A stretch of 64,000 bases of DNA. Source: Candidatus Dormiibacterota bacterium. GTDB lineage: Bacteria > Chloroflexota > Limnocylindria > Limnocylindrales > CSP1-4. Every line of letters starts with the position of its first letter. Within the stretch, counting starts at the first letter, position 1. The notes under the pieces were generated by a model, which saw nothing but the letters and a program-made list of their open reading frames with translations, was not told the origin of the DNA and searched no databases. The position numbers and the translations under genes were made by a program. The stretch lies in assembly GCA_035631615.1 (NCBI GenBank), contig DASQIK010000027.1:63446-127445 (forward strand). Reading direction: 5' to 3'. This document shows positions 1-9,240 of this stretch, one piece after another.

Positions 1-857
1 TCTCGGAGCTCCTGCACGCCCGCGGCGACGAGCCGCTCGCGGCGTACGGATCATTCGTGCGGATGGACTTCGAGAACGACCAGTGGACGTTCTTCAAGCC
101 GCTCGCGGTCGACATGGAGCAGCTGTACGGCCTCGACATCCACGAGATCCAGCCCTACCGCTCGATTCCGCACCAGGTCGCAGAGCAGATCAGCCTCGGC
201 CGGACGATGACGATCGAGCTCGACGGCTGGTACCTGCCCGATACGGCCGCGACCAGCTACCGCACCGGGCACGTCAAGACGGGCGTCATCGCGGAGGCGA
301 TCGACGTCGACGGCGAGCGCTTCCGCTATTTTCACAACGCGTCGCTGTACGAGCTGGCCGCCGAGGACTTCCGCGGAGCGTTCCGCACCAGCGCGGGTTG
401 GGGCCCGGACGTCCTGCCGCCGTATACGGAGCTGATTCGGTTCGACGCGGGCCCGCGCCTCGAGGGAGGGGCGCTGCGGGCGGCCTCACGCGAGCTGCTT
501 CGGGGCCACGTGCGACGGATCGTGCCGGGGAACCCGTTCGCGCGGTTCGCAGCGCGCTTCGCCGCGGACCTGCCCGGCCTGCTCTCCGGCGACGCCCAGC
601 AATATCACGCCTACACCTTCGCGACGTTCCGGATGGCGGGCGCCGGCTTCGAGCTCCTCGCCTCCCAGGTGGACTGGCTTCTCGGTGACGCAGGCGCTCG
701 CGCGTCGGCTGCCATGATGCGGATCGTGGATGGGTGCAAGGTGCTCGGATTCAAGCTCGCGCGGCGCAAGCCGTTCGATCCATCGGAAGCCATGGATGCC
801 CTGGCGGCTGCCTGGGCGGAGGCGATCGAGTCGGTTGACGACGCAATCGCTCGGTAG
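1..857 (+). CDS. hypothetical protein (5' partial; reading frame open to window start)
   Basis: ORF 57..857 is open upstream to position 3 with no stop; codon usage is typical for this GC content; no recognisable catalytic motif. Confidence 0.45.
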   Translation, partial: SELLHARGDEPLAAYGSFVRMDFENDQWTFFKPLAVDMEQLYGLDIHEIQPYRSIPHQVAEQISLGRTMTIELDGWYLPDTAATSYRTGHVKTGVIAEAIDVDGERFRYFHNASLYELAAEDFRGAFRTSAGWGPDVLPPYTELIRFDAGPRLEGGALRAASRELLRGHVRRIVPGNPFARFAARFAADLPGLLSGDAQQYHAYTFATFRMAGAGFELLASQVDWLLGDAGARASAAMMRIVDGCKVLGFKLARRKPFDPSEAMDALAAAWAEAIESVDDAIAR

Positions 858-909
858 CCCCACTTCGGCCCCGACCGCCACGCGGGCCCGCGTTGTCGGG
901 CATGAGGTC

Positions 910-3444
910 GTGCCGATCAGCCGAGGTTGGGAGGCGGCCGCAGCCGTGGCGGGTGGGCCATCCTCGCCAGCAGGGCTCGACGGCCTGACCTGGCTGCCGG
1001 CGCGGGTACCGGGGACCGCGGCGGGCGCCCTGCGCGACGCGAACCTGGAGCCGGGCGATCTCGATTCCCAGGACTGGTGGTTCCGAACGACCTTCGAAGC
1101 CGCTCCCGCCGCGGCTGGCGAGGAGCTCGTCCTGTGCGTCGGGGGCGTCGCAACCCTGGCCGACGTGTTCGTCAACGGCGAGCTGGTGCTCCGCAGCGAG
1201 TCGATGTTCGCGTCCCACACGATTGACATCGGATCTCGGGCGGCCGGGCGCAACGAGCTCGCGATCCACGTGCGCGCACTGCGACCGGAGCTCGCGACAC
1301 CACGGCGGCCGCGGCCGCGCTGGCGGACCCGGCTCGTTCCGGATAACAGCCTCCGCTGGTTCCGCACGATGCTGCTCGGGCGCATTCCCTCCTTCTCGCG
1401 CGGTCCGGCGGCGGTGGGCCCGTGGCGACCCGTGTGGCTCGAGCGCCGCCGAGGCCTCGTCGTCGAGGCGCTGGAGGTGCGGCCTCGGCTGGACGGCGCG
1501 GACGGCGTCCTGTCGGTTCGAGCGCACCTCCGGACACTGGGCGGGCCGCTTCCGGATGGGGTGGATCTCGAGGTCGACGGGCCATCCGGCCGCCATCGCG
1601 TTTCGCTCCGGATCGCGCCGGGCGACGGTGATCTGACCGCCGATGGCGAGCTCCGTATCCCCTCCGTCGAGCGTTGGTGGCCTCACACCCACGGCGCGCC
1701 TGCGATGCACGCCGTCCGGCTCCTGGTCGGGTCGCGGACGGACGCGACGATCGACGCGGGGCGCGTCGGCTTCCGATCGCTGGCGTCCGGCCCCGCGGGC
1801 CACGACATCGACCGGGACGGCTTGTCAGTCCATGTGAACGGTGTGCCGATCTTCGCGCGAGGCGCGCTCTGGATGCCCGTGGACATCGTGGGCCTCGCCC
1901 CGTCGGTCGCGGAGCTGCGCGAGGCACTCGAGACGGTCATCGCGGCGGGCATGAACATGCTTCGGGTGCCCGGCTTCGGACCATATGAGGGCGATGCCTT
2001 CCACGACCTGTGCGACGAGCTCGGCATCCTCGTCTGGCAGGACCTGATGTTCGCGAGCATGGACTACCCATTCGAGGACGAGGCGTTCGCGCGCATCGCC
2101 GCTGACGAGGTCCGCGATGTGACGCGGCGAATCGCCAGCCGGCCGAGCACCGCAGTGCTGTGCGGCAATAGCGAGGTCGAGCAGCAGGTCGCGATGCTCG
2201 GCCTCGACGTGGGTATGGCCCGCATCCCGTTCTTCGATTCCGTCGTGCCGGAGATCGCAGCGTCGGCCGGCCTTGACGCCGTGTACGTGCCCTCCTCGCC
2301 GTTCGGCGGCGAGCTGCCGATGCGGCCCGATCGTGGGATCACGAACTATTACGGGGTCGGTGGCTACTGGGGCCCGCTCTCCGACGCGCGAACCAGCGGT
2401 GTCCGTTTCGCGGCAGAATGCCTCGCGTTCGCCAACATCCCGGATGACGAGGCCCTGGCAGCGCTCGTGCCGGAGCCCCCGGGCGAGGCGTTCGTGCACC
2501 ATCCGCGGTGGAAGGCCGGCGTCACCCGCGACGCAGGAGCAAGCTGGGACTTCGACGACATGCGCGACCACTACCTCGGGGTGGTCTTCGGGGTCGATCC
2601 GCTCCAGCTCCGACACGACGACTGGGATCGCTATCTCGAGCTGTCGCGGGCCGTGACCGGCGAGGTCATGGCGAGCGTGTTCGGCGAATGGCGCCGTTCC
2701 GGATCCACGTGCCGCGGCGGCCTCATCCTGTGGCTGCGCGATCTTGTCGCCGGCGCGGGCTTCGGCGTGGTCGACAACCGCGGCCGACCAAAGACGCCGT
2801 ATCACCATCTCCGCCGGATCCTGGCGCCCGCCGCCATCTGGCTCGTGGACGAACGGACCGGCGGCGTGATCGCTCACGTGGCCAACGATGCGCCGGCGGC
2901 GCTCCCGGTTCGGCTTCGCGTGAGCCTGTACACGGACCAGGAGATCCCGGTCGGCAGCGGCGAGGAGCGACTCGAGGTGCCGCCGCATGGCAGCGCGACA
3001 CGCGACGTGGAGACCCTGATCGGGCACTTCGTCGATGCGGCGTGGGCCTACCGATTCGGTCCGCCCGCGCAGGACACGATCGTCGCGAGCCTCTTCCGCG
3101 ACGGCGAGCAGGGCGCTGAACTGCTCTCGCAGGCCTTCCATTTCCCGGCAGGCAGGCCAATGTCCGTCGAACCCGAGCGCAGGCTGGGACTCGCGGCGGC
3201 CATCGGCCCGGCTGCCGACGGGACCATTCGCCTGACCGTCGAAAGCCGTCGACTCGCGTACGGCGTGCGAGTCCACGTGCCGGGCTTCGCGCCATCGGAC
3301 GACGCATTCTCGGTCGAGCCGGGTGGTGCCCGCTCGATCGCGCTGCGTGCGATAGGAGATCGTGCCCGCCCATCCCATGGCTGGCTCACCGCGCTGAACC
3401 TGGCCGGCCAGGTGACGATCAAAGGCGCGATGCTGAACCCGTGA
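910..3444 (+). CDS. glycoside hydrolase family 2, beta-mannosidase-like
   Basis: Motifs 'WWFRTTF...LVLCVGGVATLADVFVNGE' and 'NMLRVPGFGPYEGDAFHDLCDELGILVWQDLMFA' are typical of GH2 beta-mannosidases. The ORF-finder start at 730 overlaps the upstream gene; a GTG at 910 is the likely real start (uncertain). Confidence 0.75.
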   Translation: MPISRGWEAAAAVAGGPSSPAGLDGLTWLPARVPGTAAGALRDANLEPGDLDSQDWWFRTTFEAAPAAAGEELVLCVGGVATLADVFVNGELVLRSESMFASHTIDIGSRAAGRNELAIHVRALRPELATPRRPRPRWRTRLVPDNSLRWFRTMLLGRIPSFSRGPAAVGPWRPVWLERRRGLVVEALEVRPRLDGADGVLSVRAHLRTLGGPLPDGVDLEVDGPSGRHRVSLRIAPGDGDLTADGELRIPSVERWWPHTHGAPAMHAVRLLVGSRTDATIDAGRVGFRSLASGPAGHDIDRDGLSVHVNGVPIFARGALWMPVDIVGLAPSVAELREALETVIAAGMNMLRVPGFGPYEGDAFHDLCDELGILVWQDLMFASMDYPFEDEAFARIAADEVRDVTRRIASRPSTAVLCGNSEVEQQVAMLGLDVGMARIPFFDSVVPEIAASAGLDAVYVPSSPFGGELPMRPDRGITNYYGVGGYWGPLSDARTSGVRFAAECLAFANIPDDEALAALVPEPPGEAFVHHPRWKAGVTRDAGASWDFDDMRDHYLGVVFGVDPLQLRHDDWDRYLELSRAVTGEVMASVFGEWRRSGSTCRGGLILWLRDLVAGAGFGVVDNRGRPKTPYHHLRRILAPAAIWLVDERTGGVIAHVANDAPAALPVRLRVSLYTDQEIPVGSGEERLEVPPHGSATRDVETLIGHFVDAAWAYRFGPPAQDTIVASLFRDGEQGAELLSQAFHFPAGRPMSVEPERRLGLAAAIGPAADGTIRLTVESRRLAYGVRVHVPGFAPSDDAFSVEPGGARSIALRAIGDRARPSHGWLTALNLAGQVTIKGAMLNP

Positions 3445-5303
3445 CCCTCCAGCTGCCGCCGCCCCGACCCCTCTATCTCCCCGCCGACCCCGACGTCGTC
3501 TTCGGCATGTTCCACGCTCCCCTCGACGAACCAGCGGCGAGAACCGCCGTCCTCCTCCTGCCGCCGTGGGGCTGGGACGAGATCGCCTCGTATCGGAGTC
3601 GGCGGGCGTGGGCCGAGCACCTCGCCGAACATCGGCACCCAACGCTCCGCATCGACTTCCCAGGGTCCGGCGATAGCGCCGGCGACCCCGGCGATCCCGC
3701 TCGCGTGGAGGCCTGGACGTCGGCGGTCGTCACGGCGGCGTCGTGGCTGGCAACGGCGACGCCCGCCGGTCGGGTGGCGGTCATCGGGCTCGGCCTCGGT
3801 GGGCTCATCGCCGGCCTCGCCATGGGCGAAGGCGCTCCGATCGATGAGCTCGTGCTCTGGGCCGCGCCAACGCATGGCCGGAGCTTCCTTCGAGAGCAGC
3901 GCGCGTTCGGAAAGCTGCAGCGCGACCGGTACGGCCCGACCGAGGGCGCCGACGAGGCGCTGCCCGACGGGTGGCTCGAGATCGGCGGTTTCGTGCAATC
4001 CGCCGAAACGATCGCTGCCGTCGAGCAGATCGACCTTCGCCAGATGCCGATCGGCCCGGTGCAGCGGGTGCTCCTGCTCGGGCGCGACGGGCTGCCCGTC
4101 GATGTCGGCCTGCAGCAGCGGCTTGCGGGGGCCGGCGCGGACGTGACAGTGGCACCCGGGGACGGCTGGGGCGCGATGTGCTTTCACCCGGAGCGCTACC
4201 AACCGCCACTCGATGTCTTCCGGCGTGTCTCCGACTGGCTCGGGGCGAGCGCGCGGCCCATGCCAAAGACCCGTCCGGCCCCCACGGCAGGGACTGGCTC
4301 GCCGGTTCGGCCGGAGGCCGCCCACGGCGACCTCTCGAGCCACGGCGTCGAGATCCGCGAGACGCCGATGGCAGGCGACGGCGCGCACGCCGGATTCTTC
4401 GCGATCGTCGCCGAGCGCGTTGCGCCATCGGCGAGGACGGGACCTGACCTGTGCGTCGTCTTCCTCAACGCGGGAGCGGTCCGGCGGATCGGCCCAAATC
4501 GCATGTGGGTGGAGGCATCCCGGCGCTGGGCAGCCAGGGGCATCCCAACCGCTCGCATGGATGTCGAGGGCATCGGCGACGCCGCCGGCGACGCGGCGAT
4601 GTACTACGACGTCGGGATGTTCTACACGCCCGCTCGCGAGATGCAGGTGACCGCGATCCTCGATGCGCTCGTGAGGCGCGGCCTTGGGCCGCGGTTCGTG
4701 CTGGTCGGTCTGTGCGCCGGCGCCTACTCGGCGTTCAATACCGCCGCCTCGGATGCGCGCGTCGTCGCGGCGCTCGCCGTCAACCCCAGGATTATGATCT
4801 GGGACCCGGCGATCATGGAGCGCCGCAATGCCTTCGCTGTCCGGGAGGTCCTCGAGCTGGGCTCGTGGCAGCGGATCCTGAACGGCGAAACCGCGCCCGC
4901 AAGGGTGCTCGAGATCGGCCGAGCCGCGGTCGCCGAGGCGCCACGGGCCGCGCTCCGGTACGCGAGCCGCCTTCGCGCCGGGAAGCGGCGCGATCCGTGG
5001 ACCGAGCAGCTGGAGCAACGGCTGGACACGTTGCGCGACGCGCGAACGCCGCTGGTGCTCGCGTTCTCCGGCGACGAGCCGATGCACGACGAGCTCAAGG
5101 CCGCGGGGATCCTCGATCGACTCGATCGCTGGCCCAACGTCGTGCTGACGGACCTGCCCGGCGACGACCACACGCTGCGACCGATTGCAGCCCAGCGCGC
5201 GTTCCATCGATTCATCGACGAGGAGCTCGAACGGCTTTCCGGCACGCCGGCGGGAGCGGGACACGGCGCCTCATCGATCGAGCTGGGCCGTCAGCCAGTC
5301 TGA
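3441..5303 (+). CDS. tandem alpha/beta-hydrolase fold protein (two hydrolase-like halves)
   Basis: Both halves show an alpha/beta-hydrolase architecture ('VLLLPPWGWDE...IGLGLGG' and 'VVFLNAGAVRR...LVGLCAGAYS'). The GTG start overlaps the upstream stop (GTGA). Confidence 0.55.
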   Translation: MTLQLPPPRPLYLPADPDVVFGMFHAPLDEPAARTAVLLLPPWGWDEIASYRSRRAWAEHLAEHRHPTLRIDFPGSGDSAGDPGDPARVEAWTSAVVTAASWLATATPAGRVAVIGLGLGGLIAGLAMGEGAPIDELVLWAAPTHGRSFLREQRAFGKLQRDRYGPTEGADEALPDGWLEIGGFVQSAETIAAVEQIDLRQMPIGPVQRVLLLGRDGLPVDVGLQQRLAGAGADVTVAPGDGWGAMCFHPERYQPPLDVFRRVSDWLGASARPMPKTRPAPTAGTGSPVRPEAAHGDLSSHGVEIRETPMAGDGAHAGFFAIVAERVAPSARTGPDLCVVFLNAGAVRRIGPNRMWVEASRRWAARGIPTARMDVEGIGDAAGDAAMYYDVGMFYTPAREMQVTAILDALVRRGLGPRFVLVGLCAGAYSAFNTAASDARVVAALAVNPRIMIWDPAIMERRNAFAVREVLELGSWQRILNGETAPARVLEIGRAAVAEAPRAALRYASRLRAGKRRDPWTEQLEQRLDTLRDARTPLVLAFSGDEPMHDELKAAGILDRLDRWPNVVLTDLPGDDHTLRPIAAQRAFHRFIDEELERLSGTPAGAGHGASSIELGRQPV

Positions 5304-5951
5304 GACCCTGGCGAGGCTCGCGTCCGTCGTCGTGTGGCCCATCTCGAGCTCCTCGTAGGCAACGGTCAGTCCGAGGGATGCCAGCGTGTCGGAGGCGGTC
5401 CGGCCGTACCCGACCCCGAGCGTGTCGTCGTCGCGGCCGTGGACGACCAGCGCGTGCTTGCCCTCGAGTCGGTCCGGGGAGGCACGCCGCGGCAGCACCT
5501 CCGGCGGGAGCCGACCGCTCATGCAGACGACGCCGGCGACCACTTCCGGCGCCGTCAGCAGGCAGATCAGGGCGACGATGCCGCCCTGGCTGAAGCCGGC
5601 GATGAAGACGCGGCTGAGATCGACGGCGTACGCATCGACGGCTTCGTCCAGGAAGCGGATGATCGCCGCGGACACCCCGGAGACCTCGGCCGGGTCGACG
5701 ACCAGGCCGTGGCCGGTGTGGACCTCGTCAAGCCAGCCGAACGCGAACGGCCCGAGCGCCGTCGGCGCCCTCGCGCTGATGACGAGGAACCGCGGATCGA
5801 ACGACCCCGCGATGGATGCCATCGCAAGCTCGTTGCTCCCGACGCCGTGGAGCAGGAGCAGGAGCGGGGGGCCCGCTCCGACGCTGGCGACGACTCCCGG
5901 TCGGCGAACGCGGTGGACGAGCGAGAGCGCCGGTCGCCGGGGTTCAGCCAT
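5271..5951 (-). CDS. phospholipase/carboxylesterase family alpha/beta hydrolase
   Basis: 'LLLLLHGVGSNE...FIAGFSQGG...HGRDDD' gives the GxSxG nucleophile elbow and an esterase-like Ser/Asp/His arrangement. Confidence 0.7.
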   Translation of the reverse strand: MAEPRRPALSLVHRVRRPGVVASVGAGPPLLLLLHGVGSNELAMASIAGSFDPRFLVISARAPTALGPFAFGWLDEVHTGHGLVVDPAEVSGVSAAIIRFLDEAVDAYAVDLSRVFIAGFSQGGIVALICLLTAPEVVAGVVCMSGRLPPEVLPRRASPDRLEGKHALVVHGRDDDTLGVGYGRTASDTLASLGLTVAYEELEMGHTTTDASLARVSDWLTAQLDR

Positions 5952-5991
5952 CAGCCGCGTCGAGCACCGAAGCGGTCAGCTCGGGGGACGC

Positions 5992-7419
5992 TCAGGGCAG
6001 CTCTCGCGCGCGGCGAACGTGCCGCCGTCCGACCTCCCAGTCGAACGACCGGAACACGTGCAGGTCGGCGACATGCTGGGCCGCCGAGTAGAACATCTCG
6101 TACTGGAGCTGGCGACCGGCGAACTCGGTGCCGACGAGGTCCCACAGCAGCTTGAGGAGCGCCACCCGCTCCCTCGAGGGGAGCTTCGCGGAGCGATAGT
6201 ACCGATTGACGTCGTCTGCCGTCTCCGGGGACGCGTAGCTCTCCGCCGACGGCATGGCGATCAACCCGCCGCCGCCGAGCTCTCGCAGCGCGCGCATCAG
6301 GTCGACGACCCAGCGACGCTGCAGGCTCACGCCAGCGTGGACGATGCCGGGATCCGGAAGCATCAGGCCACCGCGCCGCTCCGGGCTGTGCTGCGCGGCC
6401 ATCGTCAGTGCCTCGAGGGCCGCGCAGAAGGCAGCGACGTCGCCTCCGAGCTGGGCTTGCACCGGTGGGATCGCGGACAGCCCGTGCGCATCAGCCAGCT
6501 CGATCGCCAGGCCGGCGGCGAACTCCATCTTCACCAGGAAGCGAACCAGTGCCTGGTAGTTGGCGAGCACGTGGGCGCCAGTCTCGTAGAACTGAGCGCT
6601 GACCAGCCCGATGTCGCGGTGGACGAACACGTGCTCCCACGGAATGAACACGTCCCGGAGCACGACCAGGTTGTCCGATTCGTCGAATCGCGACGACAAC
6701 GGGTAGTCGAACGAGCTCGTTGCCATCGTCCCGTACGGCCGCCTCGGGTAGAGCCGCAGGCCCTCCGCGTTCAGCGGCATCACCACGGAGATCGCGTAGT
6801 CCTCGTCACCGGGCTGGAGCGGCGCGATGTAGCTGAGCAGGAGGTAGTCGGAGATCGCGGCCGAGGTGGCGATCATCTGCGCGCCGCGAATGACGATTCC
6901 GTCGTCACGCTCCGCGACGACGCCCGGGTACAGGAATGGCTCTGGCTGGAGGTGCGCAGGCTTGGACCGATCCACCTGCGGCGGCGTCACCGCATACGAC
7001 ACGAACCAGTCGTTGTCGCGCGCCTTCCGATAGAACGCCTCGACATTGTCGCCGTAGCGAGTCCCCGCGCGGTCGAACACGTCGCGGCGATGCGCGAAGG
7101 CCGTGATGATTGCGGCGACGTGGTCGGGCGTCCGGCCCATCAGCCCGAAGCTGCCCTCGGCCCAGTGGCGGTGGACGAGGCGCCGCGTGTCGAGGTCCTG
7201 GGGCGAACGCGGCGGCAACCACATTGCGCTGTGGGCGATGCGGTCCACCTCGTAGCCGATGTCGAGCTTGTCGAACGCCGAGTCGTACATCGAGGCAATG
7301 ACCCGGGTCGGACCGGCGAATCCGGGATGAGCAGTGACGTCCTCGACCCTCGCGCCGTCGAGGAGGATCGTCCGTCCATCGCGCCTGATCCCCGCGATAT
7401 AGTCCGCTCCGCGCCGCAT
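5992..7419 (-). CDS. hpaB: 4-hydroxyphenylacetate 3-monooxygenase oxygenase component family (HpaB-like two-component flavin monooxygenase)
   Basis: The N-terminus 'DYIAGIRRDGRTILLDGARVEDVTAHPGFAGPTRVIASMYD' aligns with the HpaB N-terminus ([28 protein letters not shown]). Length 475 aa. Confidence 0.85.
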   Translation of the reverse strand: MRRGADYIAGIRRDGRTILLDGARVEDVTAHPGFAGPTRVIASMYDSAFDKLDIGYEVDRIAHSAMWLPPRSPQDLDTRRLVHRHWAEGSFGLMGRTPDHVAAIITAFAHRRDVFDRAGTRYGDNVEAFYRKARDNDWFVSYAVTPPQVDRSKPAHLQPEPFLYPGVVAERDDGIVIRGAQMIATSAAISDYLLLSYIAPLQPGDEDYAISVVMPLNAEGLRLYPRRPYGTMATSSFDYPLSSRFDESDNLVVLRDVFIPWEHVFVHRDIGLVSAQFYETGAHVLANYQALVRFLVKMEFAAGLAIELADAHGLSAIPPVQAQLGGDVAAFCAALEALTMAAQHSPERRGGLMLPDPGIVHAGVSLQRRWVVDLMRALRELGGGGLIAMPSAESYASPETADDVNRYYRSAKLPSRERVALLKLLWDLVGTEFAGRQLQYEMFYSAAQHVADLHVFRSFDWEVGRRHVRRARELP

Positions 7420-7486
7420 CTACCGACCTCGCTCCACGACGAAGGGTCCAGCCACGATACCGAGCGACGAGCCGCAATCGATCGAA

Positions 7487-8020
7487 CTGCTCGGCGAGGC
7501 CGAGCTGTTCCGCCAGGCGTTCCGAAGGCACGCCACGACGGTCGCCATCATCACGTACCTCGACGGGGCGGGCCGGCCATGCGGGATGACGGCAACCTCG
7601 ATGTGCTCGCTGTCGGCTTCACCGCCGTCGCTCCTGGCCTCCATCAGCCGCGCCTCGCGCGCGCACGCCGCCCTATCGGCGCGGGGGCGATTCGGGGTCA
7701 ATCTCCTGTCGATCGGGCAGCGGAGCGTAGCACTCCACTGCAGCGTTCCAGGGCAGGACAAACGCCTTCGCGACGAGTGGCTCGCCTCGGATGCGCCCGT
7801 GGACGCCTCGCCGCGGCTGCGCGGCTCCCTCGCGCATCTTGAGTGCACGGTCGACCGGTCCTTCGAGGTGTTCTCGCACTCGTTGTTCGTGGGGCTGATC
7901 AATGGCGCGTGGCTCAACCCGGTGGAAGCACCGCCACTGCTCTACCACGGCGGCGTGTACAGCCAGCTCGAGTCCGCGATCGAGCGGTCCGAGCGCTTCC
8001 ACTGGGAGTTGCAGGAGTGA
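7487..8020 (+). CDS. hpaC: flavin reductase (HpaC-like NAD(P)H-flavin oxidoreductase)
   Basis: 'FRQAFRRHATTVAIITYLDGAGRPCGMTATSMCSLSASPPSLLASI' matches E. coli HpaC '[45 protein letters not shown]'. The frame is open back to 7403 but no ATG/GTG/TTG exists before Met at 7586, so the start is undefined. Confidence 0.65.
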   Translation: MLGEAELFRQAFRRHATTVAIITYLDGAGRPCGMTATSMCSLSASPPSLLASISRASRAHAALSARGRFGVNLLSIGQRSVALHCSVPGQDKRLRDEWLASDAPVDASPRLRGSLAHLECTVDRSFEVFSHSLFVGLINGAWLNPVEAPPLLYHGGVYSQLESAIERSERFHWELQE

Positions 8021-8051
8021 CGGCCCGGATCCCGCCACGACGGCGGTGGCG

Positions 8052-8966
8052 GTGAGTCGGGCGTCCGGCCGCCATGCCTTGGTCACCGGCGGAGCCGGAT
8101 TCGTCGGGAGTCACCTCGTCGATCGCCTCCTCGCCGAGGGTTGGCGGGTGCTGGTGATCGATGACCTGTCAAATGGTCGGCCCGGGAACGTCGCCGGCGG
8201 GGTGAGGGTCGAAGCTTTCGACATCGCCATCGCGGACATGGATGCCGCGTTTCGAGCGTGGCATGCTCGCGTCGTCTTCCACCTCGCGGCACAGACGAGC
8301 GTGCCCGTCTCGATGCAGGCACCGCTCCGCGACCTCGCGGTCAACGTCACCGGTACCCATCGCGTGGCGGCCGCGGCGCGGGACGCCGGGGCGGAACGGC
8401 TCGTGTTCGTCTCGTCCGCGGGAGCCATCTACGGTGAGACCACCCGGCCGGCAACCGAGGCGACGCTCCCGGCCCCGAGCTCCTACTACGGCGTGCACAA
8501 GCTCGCGGCAGAGGGACAGGTCACGCTGTGCGGGCTGCCCTACGCGATCGCCCGACCGACCAACATCTACGGTCCCCGGCAGGCGAGCGGGCTGGAGGGT
8601 GCGGTCGTGGCGGCCTTCGTCAAGCAGGGGCTTGCCCGCCAGGCGCTCACGATCGACGGCGACGGCCGGCAGACGCGCGACTTCGTCCATGTTCGTGACG
8701 TGGTCGACGCGCTGGTCCGCCTTGGCGACACCACTGGCCCGGTCGGGACCTGGAATGTCGCCTCCGGACGACGGACTTCGATCGAAGACCTGGCCGGCGT
8801 CGTCGAGCGCGGCGTCGGCGTCGAGCTGGGACGCGTCCGCCGTCCGACACGACTCGGCGACGTGCGCCATTCCTCCGCGTCAGCCCTTCGGCTGCGGACG
8901 CTTGGTTGGCGACCCACCGTCTCGCTCGCCGGCGGGATTCGAGAGCTGCTCCACCCGCTTCGCTGA
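8052..8966 (+). CDS. NAD-dependent epimerase/dehydratase (UDP-sugar epimerase-like SDR)
   Basis: Rossmann motif 'ALVTGGAGFVGSHLVDRLL', catalytic 'YYGVHKLAAE' (YxxxK), and 'NIYGPRQ'. GTG start at 8052 follows the hpaC stop. Confidence 0.75.
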   Translation: MSRASGRHALVTGGAGFVGSHLVDRLLAEGWRVLVIDDLSNGRPGNVAGGVRVEAFDIAIADMDAAFRAWHARVVFHLAAQTSVPVSMQAPLRDLAVNVTGTHRVAAAARDAGAERLVFVSSAGAIYGETTRPATEATLPAPSSYYGVHKLAAEGQVTLCGLPYAIARPTNIYGPRQASGLEGAVVAAFVKQGLARQALTIDGDGRQTRDFVHVRDVVDALVRLGDTTGPVGTWNVASGRRTSIEDLAGVVERGVGVELGRVRRPTRLGDVRHSSASALRLRTLGWRPTVSLAGGIRELLHPLR

Positions 8967-9154
8967 GGTCGACGGACTCGGCGGGCAGCACCCGTGCGTC
9001 CCGTCGATGACGGTGGCGCCGACGCAGGACAGGCGAGTCGGAACGGCCGGACCTTCTGCCTACACGATCGGGTCCGATGGTCGGGCTGTTGCCAGAACGC
9101 CCCCGCCCATAAGGTCCAGTGAGCGTCGAGCGCACACCGGTCGGCGGCTTCAAC

Positions 9155-9232
9155 CGAAATAGCACACCCGTCGCGAGGCGGGGCCGCAAAGCCACGGGAC
9201 TCCCCGAGGAGTTAGCCGGGTTGCCGAAAGGG
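9155..9232 (+). ncRNA. candidate c-di-GMP-I (GEMM) riboswitch in the 5' leader of the GH16-like gene
   Basis: 'CCGAAAUAGCACACCCGUCGCGAGGCGGGGCCGCAAAGCCACGGGACUCCCCGAGGAGUUAGCCGGGUUGCCGAAAGGGAG' has a P1 hairpin CCCGUC-GCGA-GGCGGG (GNRA loop), then 'GCCGCAAAGCC' and a 3' 'AGCCGGGUUGCCGA'. These parallel Vibrio Vc2 'GGGCAAACC...GAAA...GGGACGCAAAGCC...AGCGGGGUUACCGA'. A near-identical copy sits at 29005..29085. Confidence 0.55.
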
Positions 9233-9240
9233 AGCATCGA

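Noticed and set aside
5386-7842. 818-aa plus-strand ORF, and similar long ORFs at 751..1803(-), 1825..3642(-), 3048..5264(-), 8647..10620(-) and 19562..21034(-)
   Set aside because: Each is antisense to a well-supported gene (HpaB, GH2, the hydrolase, or the GH16-like gene). The translations are Arg/Pro/Gly-rich with no motifs, which is the classic high-GC antisense artefact.
7420-7917. 165-aa minus-strand ORF
   Set aside because: It is antisense to the hpaC flavin-reductase frame, which has a clear homology signal.
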